DNA of 34,669 nucleotides from a virus (IMGVR_UViG_2872158770_000004), one strand, 5' to 3'; positions 10,159 to 18,966 are shown, counted from the stretch's first letter. Notes: generated by a model from the sequence alone, not told the origin. Numbers and translations: made by a program.

Positions 10159-10433
10159 CAGATTTCACCTTTTAATTTCATTGCAATCAGAGTTGCCAGA
10201 AATTCGGCTTTTTTTTCTGCGGGCAGATTCTTTCCTATGTGCACCAGACACATTTTTTTTACACCATCGTTAAGTGTTTTAACGTTGCCTGATGGACCGT
10301 CGATATCAACCACAGTGAATGGGGTTTCTTTATTTTCTGTCTTAATCACGTAGCCAATACGCTTTCCTTCCAGATTAACCTCGTGAACAATGTCATCAGT
10401 AGTTACAACAGTGGCTTCATAACTGGTAATCAT
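10158..10433 (-). CDS. Hypothetical small phage protein (91 aa)
   Basis: ATG at 10433 preceded by AAGGAG with a 6-nt spacer; MITSYEATVVTTDDIVHEVN...; inside track ORF 10158..10481. Confidence 0.55.
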   Translation of the reverse strand: MITSYEATVVTTDDIVHEVNLEGKRIGYVIKTENKETPFTVVDIDGPSGNVKTLNDGVKKMCLVHIGKNLPAEKKAEFLATLIAMKLKGEI

Positions 10434-10517
10434 GTTTTTCTCCTTAATTAAGGTTGAGCGAACCCCTGCCATTGCTGGCATATAAGAATGAAACCGGATA
10501 TTTATTACGGAACTGTT

Positions 10518-10709
10518 TTAAAGACCTGCCGGGATTTCGTTATTATCATGGTGAATAACTTTATCGACCGGATAACAGTCACCGGGAATTTTCTGTTTCG
10601 CTGCGGCAGTCATACATTCTTTCATTGAGCTGTATACGCCAGTAACCATGTCAACCGGTTCACCGGAAACAAGAAAAACCGTCAGAACGAGTGCAAATAC
10701 TGTATTCAT
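10518..10709 (-). CDS. Small protein with an N-terminal signal-peptide-like hydrophobic segment (63 aa)
   Basis: MNTVFALVLTVFLVSGEPVD...; ATG at 10709 overlaps the upstream gene stop as ATGA; AAGGA RBS. Confidence 0.5.
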   Translation of the reverse strand: MNTVFALVLTVFLVSGEPVDMVTGVYSSMKECMTAAAKQKIPGDCYPVDKVIHHDNNEIPAGL

Positions 10710-10894
10710 TGTGCACATCCTTTTGGCATCAGACGTAAACGAGCCAGCATTGAAACAATGCATATTTTATTTAATAGCTCCCGTTCGTGTTTTCTCTTGT
10801 TAATGGCATCTTCAGTAAATACAGGGTTACTGATAGTGACACCAATTTCAAAACAACCTTCAGACGTATTAACGTTTGGTAATAACGTCTCCAT
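10706..10894 (-). CDS. Hypothetical small protein (62 aa)
   Basis: ATG at 10894 with GAGGA 7 nt upstream; stop overlaps the next start (ATGA), suggesting translational coupling. Confidence 0.5.
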   Translation of the reverse strand: METLLPNVNTSEGCFEIGVTISNPVFTEDAINKRKHERELLNKICIVSMLARLRLMPKGCAQ

Positions 10895-10904
10895 TATTGC
10901 GTCC

Positions 10905-11456
10905 TCAACAATGAATTTTGAGTAATTGTTCCACAGTCATATTTTTAATTGCGCCCCGGTTAACAAGAGTCCATCCCTGTTTTTCCAGATAAAACCGGAA
11001 AGTCTCCAGGGTACAGACCAGTGCGCCATCAGGAACGGTTTCGGTGAATTCGACATTGCCGAATTTGTCGAAGTGAACAACCAGAGTGCGACCATCACCC
11101 GGAATCATCTTGTCAGCAGGTGGGGTGTTATTCTGGCGCAGTTCGGCCTCCATGCGGTCGAACTCAGCAATGTAGGCTTCTTTGAATGCAGCGGCTTTTT
11201 TGCCAGTGAAGCCCATAACCAGGAAAACGAAGCCGTTTTTGGTGATTTGGTACATTGGGAGTTTGCGCCCGATTGAGTCGGTGTATTCGCTCGCTTCAAA
11301 ATTGAGGGCAGTAAATTTATCTGAGCATTCAATATTTGCGATGGCACGTAACACATTGTCGTGTCGTTTGTGGAAGAACTCTGCAACCGCAACAGACGTA
11401 GTGACAGCGCGACCGTTTTCTACGGTTACACAAGGGTGAGAAAGGGTAGTAGCCAT
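10905..11456 (-). CDS. Rha-family phage regulatory protein (about 184 aa; a longer in-frame ORF extends to 11750)
   Basis: Rha-like motifs (GRAVTTS-VAEFFHKRHDNVLRAI, ITKNGFVFLVMGFTGKKAAAFKEAYI). ATG at 11456 with GGAGG 8 nt upstream; a minus-strand terminator hairpin lies inside the longer ORF, which favours the shorter start. Confidence 0.6.
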   Translation of the reverse strand: MATTLSHPCVTVENGRAVTTSVAVAEFFHKRHDNVLRAIANIECSDKFTALNFEASEYTDSIGRKLPMYQITKNGFVFLVMGFTGKKAAAFKEAYIAEFDRMEAELRQNNTPPADKMIPGDGRTLVVHFDKFGNVEFTETVPDGALVCTLETFRFYLEKQGWTLVNRGAIKNMTVEQLLKIHC

Positions 11457-11620
11457 GATGGCAGCCTCCGCGATGAATTTGATTAACTCACCACCGGAGG
11501 TAGCAATCTCATGGGTGGTGAGACGTACAGGGTTGCTACAACCGGTCATCACGGAACCCGGCCAGTCTTGCGACTGCCCCGCACGCCCCACCATAATTTG
11601 AATGTGGCTGTGCATTACGC

Positions 11621-11645
11621 ATAAAAAAACCGCCTGAGCGCGGTT
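11621..11645 (-). terminator. Rho-independent terminator-like hairpin on the minus strand
   Basis: Minus strand reads AACCGC-GCTCAG-GCGGTT followed by TTTTTTT. Confidence 0.45.
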
Positions 11646-12151
11646 ATGCGCCGTGAATGACTTCGGGGTAGCAATCCCGGCACCCGTTTTATGAGGTGCA
11701 GGTGCACTATAATTCCACCCGTTCTGGTTTTCAATAGCTACATTCAACATTTTCTCTTTCCTTTCATCACCGAAGTGAACTTTGTTGATGCGGTGCCTGG
11801 TGCCTCCAGGTGACGTTAACCAGTTAACAATTAACGCCGGAATAAGGGATTTTCCTTACTGTTTTAACTGTTCCGCGTGCGCTGAGCCGCATTCACCGCA
11901 TCACAAAATTCACTTTAAAAAGGGCGGACATCAGCCAGCAATTAAACCGATGCCGCCAACTGGTACTTCACACAGCAATGTCGTTATTTACAACCGGAGG
12001 CGCACTCCCACCATTTAAATTTAACAGACAAGACCGACTCTTTATGGATACCGGAAATGCGCCTTCGTGTTGTGCCCGGTTTTATTTCACCACCTCCGGG
12101 CTTTGGTGGTATCTTTACTGAAGTTCTCACACAACCAGTAAGGAAATGAAT

Positions 12152-12442
12152 ATGCCAACGTATCTCGCCAGAGTAGAACTATATAATGCTGAGCCAGAGG
12201 ATTACGAAGGGCTTCATAAATATATGCTCTCACTAGGATTCAGGAGAACGATCCCCCATGGAGATGGTTCGTATAATCAACTCCCGGACGGAACTTATGT
12301 TTCCGAAAAGGGCGGTGATATTTATCAAATTCGCAGCCAGATATCTGACTATGCAGACCGACTATCCAGGTATCGCGCGTCTGTTTTTGTTTGCGAATTC
12401 AGTCAATGCGCATGGTATTTATACCCCGCCAAGACCCGGTGA
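12152..12442 (+). CDS. Hypothetical protein (96 aa) on the plus strand within a minus-strand gene block
   Basis: ATG at 12152 with AAGGAA 6 nt upstream; MPTYLARVELYNAEPEDYEGLHKYMLSLGF...; its 3' end overlaps convergently with the IS630-disrupted gene. Confidence 0.5.
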   Translation: MPTYLARVELYNAEPEDYEGLHKYMLSLGFRRTIPHGDGSYNQLPDGTYVSEKGGDIYQIRSQISDYADRLSRYRASVFVCEFSQCAWYLYPAKTR

Positions 12443-12582
12443 ATATCCTGTACGGCCTTCTGCTTTGTAGAAGGCTTCTTCGCTATCATAATCGCCAGAT
12501 TCCAGCGCTTCTTTAGCCAGCCAGATGCGTGCCCCAGTGCCTGCATTTGGCTCCAGTTGCTGGAGGCGTTTTGCATCTTCTA
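12419..12582 (-). pseudogene. 3' part of a 69-aa gene disrupted by IS630 (5' part lies at about 13738..13777)
   Basis: Removing IS630 plus one TA restores ATG AAC GAG ACA GAA ... CTC CTA GAA GAT GCA AAA ..., i.e. MNETELKHVIALLLEDAKRLQQLEPNAGTGARIWLAKEALESGDYDSEEAFYKAEGRTGYSPGLGGV. Confidence 0.55.
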
Positions 12583-13735
12583 AATAGCTGCGCTTAATAC
12601 CGCTACACTTTTGCCAGCCCATGTTTGCCTCCGGGGAATGGGCTGACGGTTTCCATAAAATGGCGAACTTTTTTCAACAGTTGCCACATTGAGCTGCACT
12701 GATGATTACGCGTTATTGTGTCGTGAAGTGCCTGCCATAGCCGTTCAACATGATTCACCCATGGCGAGTAAACCGGCTGATAAATGACCCTGAACTTCGG
12801 GTTCTCCTTCAGCCAGCTCTGTGTTTCCCGGCTTTTGTGGATAATGTAGTTGTCCACGATCAGCGTGATGGTTTTCGCCCGACGGTATGTCGCTTTAAGC
12901 CGCTTCAGCAGGCTGATGAACAGCGCCGAACTTTTGCTGTTGCCGCCCACACAGCTGACTTTACCTGTCCCGCTGTGCAGCGCTCCGGCCAGATAATATT
13001 TTTCATTCTGTCCCGGCGTGACCACCCGTTTTTGCTGTCCGCGCAGTTGCCAGTCCGCACCGATTTTGGGATTAAGATGGATATCCACTTCATCTTCATA
13101 AAAGACCGGATGCTCTGCGCTGCATTCGTCCAGTGCTTTATGGATTGCTGCCATCTTTTCATCTTTATGCGGGTCACGGATACGCAGAGTTGGCGCAGCC
13201 CTTCGCCACACAATCCCCGCAGACGGCAACCAGCGGCGAACGGTTCCGGCATTTAACTGGCAACCGGTTATCTCATTGATTTTTATTGCCAGCAGTTCTG
13301 TACTCCAGCGTGAACGCTGGTAGCCAAAGTCGCCGGGAGAATGTTTTACCAGCTCACGTAACAGTGTGCAGATATGCTCAAACGGCCAGCGACGGGCACG
13401 CCCGGCAGGTAATGATTTCAGTCCCTCAACACCCGACTGCGTGAACCAGTTAATCCAGCGTCCAACAGAGGAACGGGCGCAGCAGAGCGTTCTGGCAACG
13501 TCGCTGACACGGTCGCCCCGGTGCAGCATCAGCATGGCAGTCAGTCTGCGGGCATAATTTTTATCGTGTGTTTTATGGATGGCTTTCTGCATCAGGCGTC
13601 GTTCGTCACGGGAAATTGGTGCTATGATCGGCATTGCTCAGTCCGGTTGGTGATTTGTTTTGATTTGGCGATTGATCAGATCGCACAATCCGGGCTAAGT
13701 TCCCTCAAAGTGATCTACTATTCCGCGCAGCTATT
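12583..13735 (-). mobile_element. IS630, 1153 bp, inserted at a CTAG target with TA duplication
   Basis: Perfect terminal repeats AATAGCTGCGC ... GCGCAGCTATT; TA on both sides; the rejoined flanks read CTAG; single 343-aa transposase. Confidence 0.9.
12603..13634 (-). CDS. IS630 transposase (Tc1/mariner-like DDE)
   Basis: 343-aa ORF MPIIAPISRDERRLMQKAIHKTHDKNYARRLTAMLMLHRGDRVSDVARTL... Confidence 0.9.
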   Translation of the reverse strand: MPIIAPISRDERRLMQKAIHKTHDKNYARRLTAMLMLHRGDRVSDVARTLCCARSSVGRWINWFTQSGVEGLKSLPAGRARRWPFEHICTLLRELVKHSPGDFGYQRSRWSTELLAIKINEITGCQLNAGTVRRWLPSAGIVWRRAAPTLRIRDPHKDEKMAAIHKALDECSAEHPVFYEDEVDIHLNPKIGADWQLRGQQKRVVTPGQNEKYYLAGALHSGTGKVSCVGGNSKSSALFISLLKRLKATYRRAKTITLIVDNYIIHKSRETQSWLKENPKFRVIYQPVYSPWVNHVERLWQALHDTITRNHQCSSMWQLLKKVRHFMETVSPFPGGKHGLAKV

Positions 13736-13778
13736 TAGGAGTAGAGCGATAACGTGTTTTAATTCTGTCTCGTTCATT

Positions 13779-13934
13779 TTACTCACCTGAATGTCTTCCC
13801 AACCAACGACGTGCGCCAGCTTCGGTTTTAAACGTTTTGCTTTTGGTATACGTCATGGCGGTGAATGTGCCGTCTTGATTGGGAAACACGCCACATACCA
13901 GAGATTCGTTGTTGCCAAGATCGATAGTATTCAT
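13779..13934 (-). CDS. Small protein (51 aa) downstream of and co-oriented with the repressor
   Basis: MNTIDLGNNESLVCGVFPNQDGTFTAMTYTKSKTFKTEAGARRWLGRHSGE; ATG at 13934; its stop is 1 nt from the start of the IS630-disrupted gene. Confidence 0.45.
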   Translation of the reverse strand: MNTIDLGNNESLVCGVFPNQDGTFTAMTYTKSKTFKTEAGARRWLGRHSGE

Positions 13935-14184
13935 GTTGACCCCATTTCCCCTTAACGCCGGGTGGCGGAACGTTTTATCTACTGCGCTTTGTATCAATCA
14001 ACAACTGCCGTCATGTTCGTATGCCTCAGGCTGGCTACTTAGCCCTGTTCAGTGACTGGATAACTCGAGGTATTGTCCTGCCGTTCTCTGGTGGGGCGTT
14101 GTTTGGATATGCTTATTAAACACAATTTGTTTTCTTGTGTCAACACGCAATGTGTTTTATGGTGAGTGTCATATGATGATGCTA

Positions 14185-14209
14185 CAAAAAAGCCCGCTGA
14201 TAGCGGGCT
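14185..14209 (-). terminator. Rho-independent terminator just downstream of the repressor gene
   Basis: Minus strand: AGCCCGC-loop-GCGGGCT followed by TTTTTT; about 30 nt after the repressor stop. Confidence 0.6.
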
Positions 14210-14239
14210 GATTGGCATATTACTGTGATAGCAAGATCA

Positions 14240-14659
14240 TTATTCCGGTGGGGGATTATCTTTAATCCTGCCTCTCAAATATTTTTCTACATACTCATCG
14301 ATTTCTTTTAGCCGGACTTCAAATAGCTCAATCATTCGTTGTTGTTCTGAGCCCGGTAGCTGGTTAAACAACTCAAGAAGTTTTCGTTGGGATTCATTTA
14401 ACCACAATTCAGAAGATTCCTGTTCTCCAAAGAGGAGCTCAGGAGGAGATATGCCAAGTGCCTTTCCCAATACGACAGCGTCATGTACTCCAACATTTCT
14501 GCTGCCCGCCTCATAGTTACCTATACGCGATTGCGTCCATCCGCAGATTTCAGCAAGTTTTCCTTGAGATAAACCAAGCTTCTGCCTGCGCTCTTTAAGA
14601 CGCATTGCAATTTTGTCATTGAGCCTACTAGCGGCAATTTTTTCGTTTTCTTTTTCCAT
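14240..14659 (-). CDS. Phage repressor, XRE-family HTH (DicA/cI-like)
   Basis: 139 aa; N-terminal HTH (LGLSQGKLAEICGWTQSRIGNYEAG) and C-terminal region resembling DicA (LLELFNQLPGSEQQRMIELFE); divergent from the Cro-like gene. Confidence 0.75.
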   Translation of the reverse strand: MEKENEKIAASRLNDKIAMRLKERRQKLGLSQGKLAEICGWTQSRIGNYEAGSRNVGVHDAVVLGKALGISPPELLFGEQESSELWLNESQRKLLELFNQLPGSEQQRMIELFEVRLKEIDEYVEKYLRGRIKDNPPPE

Positions 14660-14755
14660 TGCATCCTTGTATCACGAATCGTGATTTACATAAAACACAA
14701 AACAGCTTGGCTATATAACACAAGGTGTGTTTAAAATTGTCATCGGAGGTTTTCA
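14660..14755. promoter_or_regulatory. Divergent promoter/operator region between repressor and Cro-like gene
   Basis: Two perfect palindromes: ATCACGAATCGTGAT (about 14671-14685) and AACACAAGGTGTGTT (about 14717-14731); TTTACA and TATATA hexamers; GGAGG RBS before 14756. Confidence 0.55.
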
Positions 14756-14998
14756 ATGAACAAAATTTCAACATATCGAAAACAGCTTGGGCTGTCTCAA
14801 AGACAACTTGCTGTTCAGTTAGGGTGGATACAAAGCCGACTGGCAAATTACGAAGCAAATTTTCGTACCCCTGGACTAGAGGAGTGCAGAAAAATTGTTT
14901 CTACCCTTAATCGGCTTGGCGCTCATTGTGGACTTGACGATGTATTCCCCCCAGACGGTAAGCATAGCGAAAACAGCATAGGAGCGGTTGATTCATGA
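14756..14998 (+). CDS. Cro-like / YdaS-like HTH regulator
   Basis: 80 aa; HTH (LGLSQRQLAVQLGWIQSRLANYE); divergent from the repressor. Confidence 0.65.
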   Translation: MNKISTYRKQLGLSQRQLAVQLGWIQSRLANYEANFRTPGLEECRKIVSTLNRLGAHCGLDDVFPPDGKHSENSIGAVDS

Positions 14999-15417
14999 AA
15001 ATCAGGCATGAGCACATCGAATCAGTGTTGTTAGCCCTGGCAGCCGAAAAAGGGCAGGCGTGGGTCGCTAACGCAATTACTGAAGAATATCTGCGCCAGG
15101 GGGGCGGCGAATTGCCCCTTGTACCAGGCAAGGACTGGAACAATCAGCAGAATATCTATCACCGTTGGTTGAAAGGTGAAACGAAAGCGCAAAGGGAAAA
15201 AATTCAGAAACTGATCCCTGCGGTTCTGGCAATTCTTCCGCGCGAGCTGCGTCACCGACTCTGCATCTTCGATACCCTGGAACGCCGTGCATTACTGGCG
15301 GCGCAGGAAGCGTTGAGTACGGCAATTGATGCGCATGATGATGCAGTCCAGGCCGTTTACCGGAAAGCGCATTTCAGCGGCGGCGGGTCTTCCGACGATT
15401 CTGTCATTGTTCATTAA
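14995..15417 (+). CDS. YdaT-like protein in the cII position
   Basis: 140 aa; start overlaps the Cro-like stop (ATGA); assignment by position and size only. Confidence 0.45.
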   Translation: MKIRHEHIESVLLALAAEKGQAWVANAITEEYLRQGGGELPLVPGKDWNNQQNIYHRWLKGETKAQREKIQKLIPAVLAILPRELRHRLCIFDTLERRALLAAQEALSTAIDAHDDAVQAVYRKAHFSGGGSSDDSVIVH

Positions 15418-15480
15418 GCAAAAGTTTCCATGCTGTTTGTGCTTATTCTAAGCAACCGGGCAGCATCATACGGGGCAATT

Positions 15481-16629
15481 ATGGCCGCATTACCATACAT
15501 GCAACTGTACATAGCTGATTACCTGGCTGACACCATGCATTTGTCAGCAGAGGAGCACGGCGCGTATTTGTTGCTGATGTTCAATTACTGGCAAACAGGA
15601 AAGCCAATACCCAAAAACAGGTTGGCAAAAATTGCCCGTCTGACTAACGAGCGATGGGTTGATGTTGAACCATCCTTGCGGGAGTTTTTTTGTGATAACG
15701 GCGACGAATGGATGCATCTTCGGATTGAGGAAGATCTGGCATCTGTCAGAGAAAAATTAACCAAAAAATCAGCCGCAGGAAAAGCATCTGTTCAGGCCAG
15801 AAGAAGCAGAAAGGAAGCAGATGTTCAAACAAAACAAGAGAGAAATTTAACAGGTGTTCAAACAGATGTTGGAGTGATGTTCGAACATGATGCCAACACA
15901 AAGGCAACTAATAAAGATACAGATAAAGATCTAAAAACAGATCTAACCCATCCCAAACCCTTCCCTTCCGGAAGGGAGTTTCGGGATTTTGTGGCTGGAG
16001 TGCTTGAGGGGAGATTATCTGGCGGTACTGCAGCGGAATTTTGTAATTCTGCGGTGGTTGCGTTGCAGGCTGCTGGCCTGGATGTCTGTCGTGAGTATCC
16101 GGTGCCAGAGCGTGGTGACGGTTGCGGAGGGCGGATTGATATCGTCGTGACTGACAGGAACGGTGTCCGGTGTGGGAGCGAGCTTGACCGAAATTCTCCG
16201 CGACAGAAATCACTGCTCAAAATCGGTGCTGTTGAAACCGGGATATGTGTCTTGCGGCGCAGTGATATCGCAAGGCACACCGAGCAGGGAATTCTGGTTA
16301 TCGGTGGGGCTGTTCGCCAGAAAAAATTTGACCCGTTGTCAGTTGATCTGCCCGACTGGTTGCCAGAAACACTCTGGCATGAGTGGGTCCAGTTCAGGCA
16401 GGCATTGCGAAAACCGATTCGAACGGAGCAGGGCGCTAACGGGGCGATACGGGAACTGGAAAAATTCCGTCAGCAGGGTTTTACACCTGAGCAGGTGATT
16501 CGACACAGCATCGCCAATGAATACCAGGGTCTGTTCGCGCCGAAAGGTGTTCGGCCTGAGACGTTGCTCCGACAGGTTAACACCGTCTCGTTGCCGGACA
16601 GTGCGATCCCGCCAGGCTTCAGGGGGTAA
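15481..16629 (+). CDS. Phage replication initiation protein (YdaU/DUF1376-like N-terminus, lambda O analogue)
   Basis: N-terminal motif PYMQLYIADYLADTMHLSAEEHGAYLLLMFNYW; internal iteron-like repeats; followed by a DnaC-like gene. Start at ATG 15481 inside track ORF 15430..16629. Confidence 0.6.
   Translation: MAALPYMQLYIADYLADTMHLSAEEHGAYLLLMFNYWQTGKPIPKNRLAKIARLTNERWVDVEPSLREFFCDNGDEWMHLRIEEDLASVREKLTKKSAAGKASVQARRSRKEADVQTKQERNLTGVQTDVGVMFEHDANTKATNKDTDKDLKTDLTHPKPFPSGREFRDFVAGVLEGRLSGGTAAEFCNSAVVALQAAGLDVCREYPVPERGDGCGGRIDIVVTDRNGVRCGSELDRNSPRQKSLLKIGAVETGICVLRRSDIARHTEQGILVIGGAVRQKKFDPLSVDLPDWLPETLWHEWVQFRQALRKPIRTEQGANGAIRELEKFRQQGFTPEQVIRHSIANEYQGLFAPKGVRPETLLRQVNTVSLPDSAIPPGFRG
15786..15890. 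repeat. Iteron-like direct repeats (TGTTCRAAC) inside the replication initiator gene; candidate origin
   Basis: CTGTTCAGGCC, ATGTTCAAACA, GTGTTCAAACA and ATGTTCGAACAT (a 12-bp palindrome), followed by an AT-rich stretch with two AGATCT sites at about 15905-15945. Confidence 0.45.
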
Positions 16630-16635
16630 CAGACC

Positions 16636-17382
16636 ATGAAAAATATTGCGACAGGAGGCGTTCTGGAGCGTATCCGCAGACTGACCCCACCACATGTAAC
16701 CGCCCCATTCAGAACGGTTGCGGAGTGGCGCGAGTGGCAACTTGCTGAAGGCCAGAAACGTTGCGAGGAGATCAACCGCCTGAATCGTCAGTTGCGGGTG
16801 GAAAAAATCCTGAACCGCTCCGGCATCCAGCCGTTGCACCGGAAGTGTTCGTTTGCGAATTACCGGGCGCAGAACGACGGTCAGCGACATGCACTGAGTC
16901 AGGCGAAATCCATAGCTGACGAACTGATGACAGGCTGTACGAATTTTGTGTTCAGCGGTAAGCCCGGCACCGGAAAAAATCATCTTGCAGACGCGATTGG
17001 CAACCGGCTGATGGCGAAGGGGCGTAGCGTGATTATCGTCACCGTGTCCGATGTCATGAGCGTGTTGCATGAGAGCTACGACAACGGCAAATCCGGTGAA
17101 AAATTTTTACAGGAGCTTTGTGGTGTTGACCTGCTGGTCCTGGATGAAATTGGCATGCAGCGGGATACGAAAAACGAGCAGGTGGTACTGAACCAGATTG
17201 TTGATCGCCGGACGGCATCGTTACGCGGTGTGGGGATGCTGACAAATATTAACCATGCAGCGATGAATACACTTCTCGGCGAGCGGGTGATGGATCGCAT
17301 GGTCATGAACGGCGGGCGCTGGGTGAATTTTAACTGGGAGAGCTGGCGTCCGAATGTTAGCCATTCGAGGGTTGTTAAGTAG
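16636..17382 (+). CDS. DnaC-like helicase loader (IstB/AAA+ ATPase)
   Basis: 248 aa; Walker A GKPGTGKNHLA and Walker B LLVLDEIG. Confidence 0.8.
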   Translation: MKNIATGGVLERIRRLTPPHVTAPFRTVAEWREWQLAEGQKRCEEINRLNRQLRVEKILNRSGIQPLHRKCSFANYRAQNDGQRHALSQAKSIADELMTGCTNFVFSGKPGTGKNHLADAIGNRLMAKGRSVIIVTVSDVMSVLHESYDNGKSGEKFLQELCGVDLLVLDEIGMQRDTKNEQVVLNQIVDRRTASLRGVGMLTNINHAAMNTLLGERVMDRMVMNGGRWVNFNWESWRPNVSHSRVVK

Positions 17383-17396
17383 TTTCAGGAGGATTT

Positions 17397-17766
17397 ATGG
17401 CGAAACCTTTTACTCCCGAACAGCGGGAAGAACTGAAGACGCGAATTGTGGAACTCGTGCATCAGGACGGTCGGGTCACGATTCGGCAGTTGTCAGATGA
17501 AACAGGTATCAGTCGTGCGTCTGTCGGTCGCTTATGCATGGAACTGGTCGCAAGTGGTGATGTATATAATTCTGGCTACGGGGTATTTCCCTCTGAACAG
17601 GCTCATAAAGACTGGCAAAACGCCCGCAAAAAGCTATCGAGGGTAAAGGTGAAGAAACCGGTTGTGGTTGATCCTGACCTTATCTGGTCATTACCAGACG
17701 GAGAAATACGCCGCTACGACAGGCGCCTGAATATAATCTGTCGCGAGTGCCGGAAGAGCGAAGCTA
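17397..17766 (+). pseudogene. HTH-containing protein (YdaW position) interrupted 17 codons before its stop by IS600 copy D
   Basis: Track ORF 17397..17813 runs into the IS terminus. With IS600 plus one CTA removed the frame continues at about 19034 (...SEAMQRVLAFYQGKFQEAVL*). Confidence 0.55.
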
Positions 17767-17809
17767 TGAGGTGTACTGGCAATAGCGGACACTACCATTT
17801 GTTCTTTTT

Positions 17810-18628
17810 TTAAGCAGCCATCTGATGATATTTTTCCCTGAAGGCTGCCGGGGAGATATTCCCCAGACGAGAGTGACGACGCTGACGATTGTAGAAAATC
17901 TCAATGTATTCCCGTATTACTGAGATGGCTTCATCCCGGTTATTAAAACGATAGTGGCTCAGGCTCTCATTTTTCAGCGTTCCCCAGAAGCTTTCCATCG
18001 GAGCGTTGTCGTAACAGTTACCTTTACGCGACATTGATGTTTTCAGACCAGACTGCTCCTGTATGACCCGGTAATCGTATGCGCAGTACTGTGAACCTCG
18101 ATCAGAGTGGTGGATTAGCCCGGCAGGTGGGCGCTGGCTCCTGAGCGCCATAAACAGGGCTTTACCTGTCAGCTCTTTTGTCATGCGCTCTCCCATGGCG
18201 TAGCCGACAATTTCGCACGTATAAACATCTTTGATGCCAGCGAGGTACAACCATCCCTCCAGTGTGGCAACATACGTCAGGTCCGCCACCCAGACCTGAT
18301 TTGGTGCTGTAGGAGCGAACGTCTGGTTCAGCAGATTTGGCGCAACTGGCAGATTGTGGTTCGAGTTCGTAGTCGCTCTGAACTTGCGTTTCTGCTTACA
18401 GCGTAGCCTTAGCTCCTTACGAAGACGTGCCAGTCGGTCACGACCAACGATGATGCCATTCTCTGCCAGCTCCGTCTGGAGCCGCCGGGTTCCATATGTT
18501 TCGCGAGTGCGGATATGTGCCACCTTAATCTCCAGTTTTAGCCGCTCATCACTTTGTTTTCTGTCTGAGGGTTCATGCTGTACCCAGTTGTAATAACCGC
18601 TCCTGGATACACCAAATACCTGACACAT
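17810..18628 (-). CDS. IS600 transposase OrfB
   Basis: 272-aa ORF (VATLEGW variant). Confidence 0.93.
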   Translation of the reverse strand: MCQVFGVSRSGYYNWVQHEPSDRKQSDERLKLEIKVAHIRTRETYGTRRLQTELAENGIIVGRDRLARLRKELRLRCKQKRKFRATTNSNHNLPVAPNLLNQTFAPTAPNQVWVADLTYVATLEGWLYLAGIKDVYTCEIVGYAMGERMTKELTGKALFMALRSQRPPAGLIHHSDRGSQYCAYDYRVIQEQSGLKTSMSRKGNCYDNAPMESFWGTLKNESLSHYRFNNRDEAISVIREYIEIFYNRQRRHSRLGNISPAAFREKYHQMAA

Positions 18629-18663
18629 CGCTTCAATGGGAAATTGTTGTCGCCATTGTTCGA

Positions 18664-18966
18664 TTAACGCGTATTTTTCAGCGACTCCTGTGCAAAATAC
18701 GCTGTTGCTTTTTTTAATATATCTCGCTCAAGGCGAGCTTCATTTAACGCCTTACGCAGTTGCAGAATTTCAGATTCCAGTTCAGCCACCGTGCGGGAAC
18801 CAGGAGTACCGAGCCCTTTTCTGGCGGCGGTAACCCATTGTCCTAAAGTGCCTTCAGGAAGAGATAATCGGGAAGCGCCTTCACTGATCGAAAGTTGATT
18901 TTCAAGAACCGTTCTGACAGCTTCGGCTTTGAACTCTTTAGAGTAACGTTGGGTTTTTCTGCTCAT
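18664..18966 (-). CDS. IS600 OrfA
   Basis: 100-aa ORF (TVLENQ variant, shared with copy A). Confidence 0.93.
   Translation of the reverse strand: MSRKTQRYSKEFKAEAVRTVLENQLSISEGASRLSLPEGTLGQWVTAARKGLGTPGSRTVAELESEILQLRKALNEARLERDILKKATAYFAQESLKNTR

Noticed and set aside
15858-17070. Minus-strand ORFs of 101-243 aa
   Set aside because: Antisense to the replication initiator and DnaC-like genes, which have clear motifs and gene-to-gene coupling.
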